Source: Candidatus Bathyarchaeia archaeon
GTDB taxonomy: Archaea; Thermoproteota; Bathyarchaeia; Bathyarchaeales; Bathycorpusculaceae
Assembly: GCA_050012755.1 (NCBI GenBank)
Contig: JBEKGO010000043.1
Coordinates: 1 to 16,237, forward strand
Direction: 5' to 3'
DNA: 16,237 nt
Part shown: in pieces, positions 15,893 to 16,237 of the stretch
Position numbering within the stretch: position 1 is the stretch's first letter
How the letters are laid out: every line of letters starts with the position of its first letter
Notes under the pieces: generated by a model
Database searches by the model: none
What the model was told of the DNA's origin: nothing
Seen by the model: the letters and a program-made list of their open reading frames with translations, nothing else
Position numbers and translations under genes: made by a program

Positions 15893-16237
15893 TTACTCAT
15901 CTAAATTTCGGACGCTTATCTGATTGCTTTTTTGAACGAGGATTCCAAGAAGTAACCTATTCTGTTTTTCCAATTCGCGCAACCTTAAACAAATGGGTTC
16001 AAGAGTCTTATCATCCATCATAGCAATTTCGTCAAAAAGAGCAATTATTTTTCGGGGATCGTTTTCCTCATTTATATTGAGTACGCTAAGGATGTATTCA
16101 GCTTGTTCTTGCCCAGTTCCCATGTCAATCATATGAATGATTTCGTTATCATCTGTGATAATAATTTTATCTATTAAATCGACTACTTTCGCTTTATAAA
16201 TTCTGTCAATATGCTTAAAAGAACCTACTCTATAGGC
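15893..16237 (-). CDS. C-terminal part of an SMC/Rad50-like ABC ATPase (5' end outside the window)
   Basis: The frame is open to the window edge (AYRVGSFKHIDRIYK...). Signature-like MGTGQ, Walker B IIALFDE and D-loop-like AMMD. Confidence 0.72.
   Translation of the reverse strand, partial: AYRVGSFKHIDRIYKAKVVDLIDKIIITDDNEIIHMIDMGTGQEQAEYILSVLNINEENDPRKIIALFDEIAMMDDKTLEPICLRLRELEKQNRLLLGILVQKSNQISVRNLDE

Overview
Archaeal accessory, defence-island-like region. TATA-type promoters, GGTGA/GGAG ribosome-binding sites and the gene families suggest an archaeon; a Bathyarchaeia-like host is my inference only. Coding content: an AAA_14+DUF4143 ATPase; a UvrD/PcrA helicase fused to an Fe-S PD-(D/E)XK nuclease, whose real N-terminus has no ATG/GTG/TTG start; an HsdR_N-type nuclease with a probable PUA/EVE-like C-terminal domain; a hypothetical protein; a VapBC pair; a Cys-rich Rossmann-like protein divergent from an ArsR-type regulator; an 884-aa AAA+/Zn-ribbon/PD-(D/E)XK protein; and a minus-strand operon of SMC/Rad50-like ATPase (cut by the window edge), a 304-aa wHTH-like protein and a Dam-family methyltransferase. 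Three elements are missing from the ORF track: a frameshifted RanBP2-type zinc-finger micro-gene, a decayed DUF1998 (MrfA/Hrq1) helicase tail and a decayed DDE transposase tail. The most unusual signal is a dispersed non-coding modular repeat. Each module has a conserved TGCTTTTTT-N20-TGCAG head followed by 5-7 decamers in exact 10-bp phase, and the decamer sequence differs between modules.
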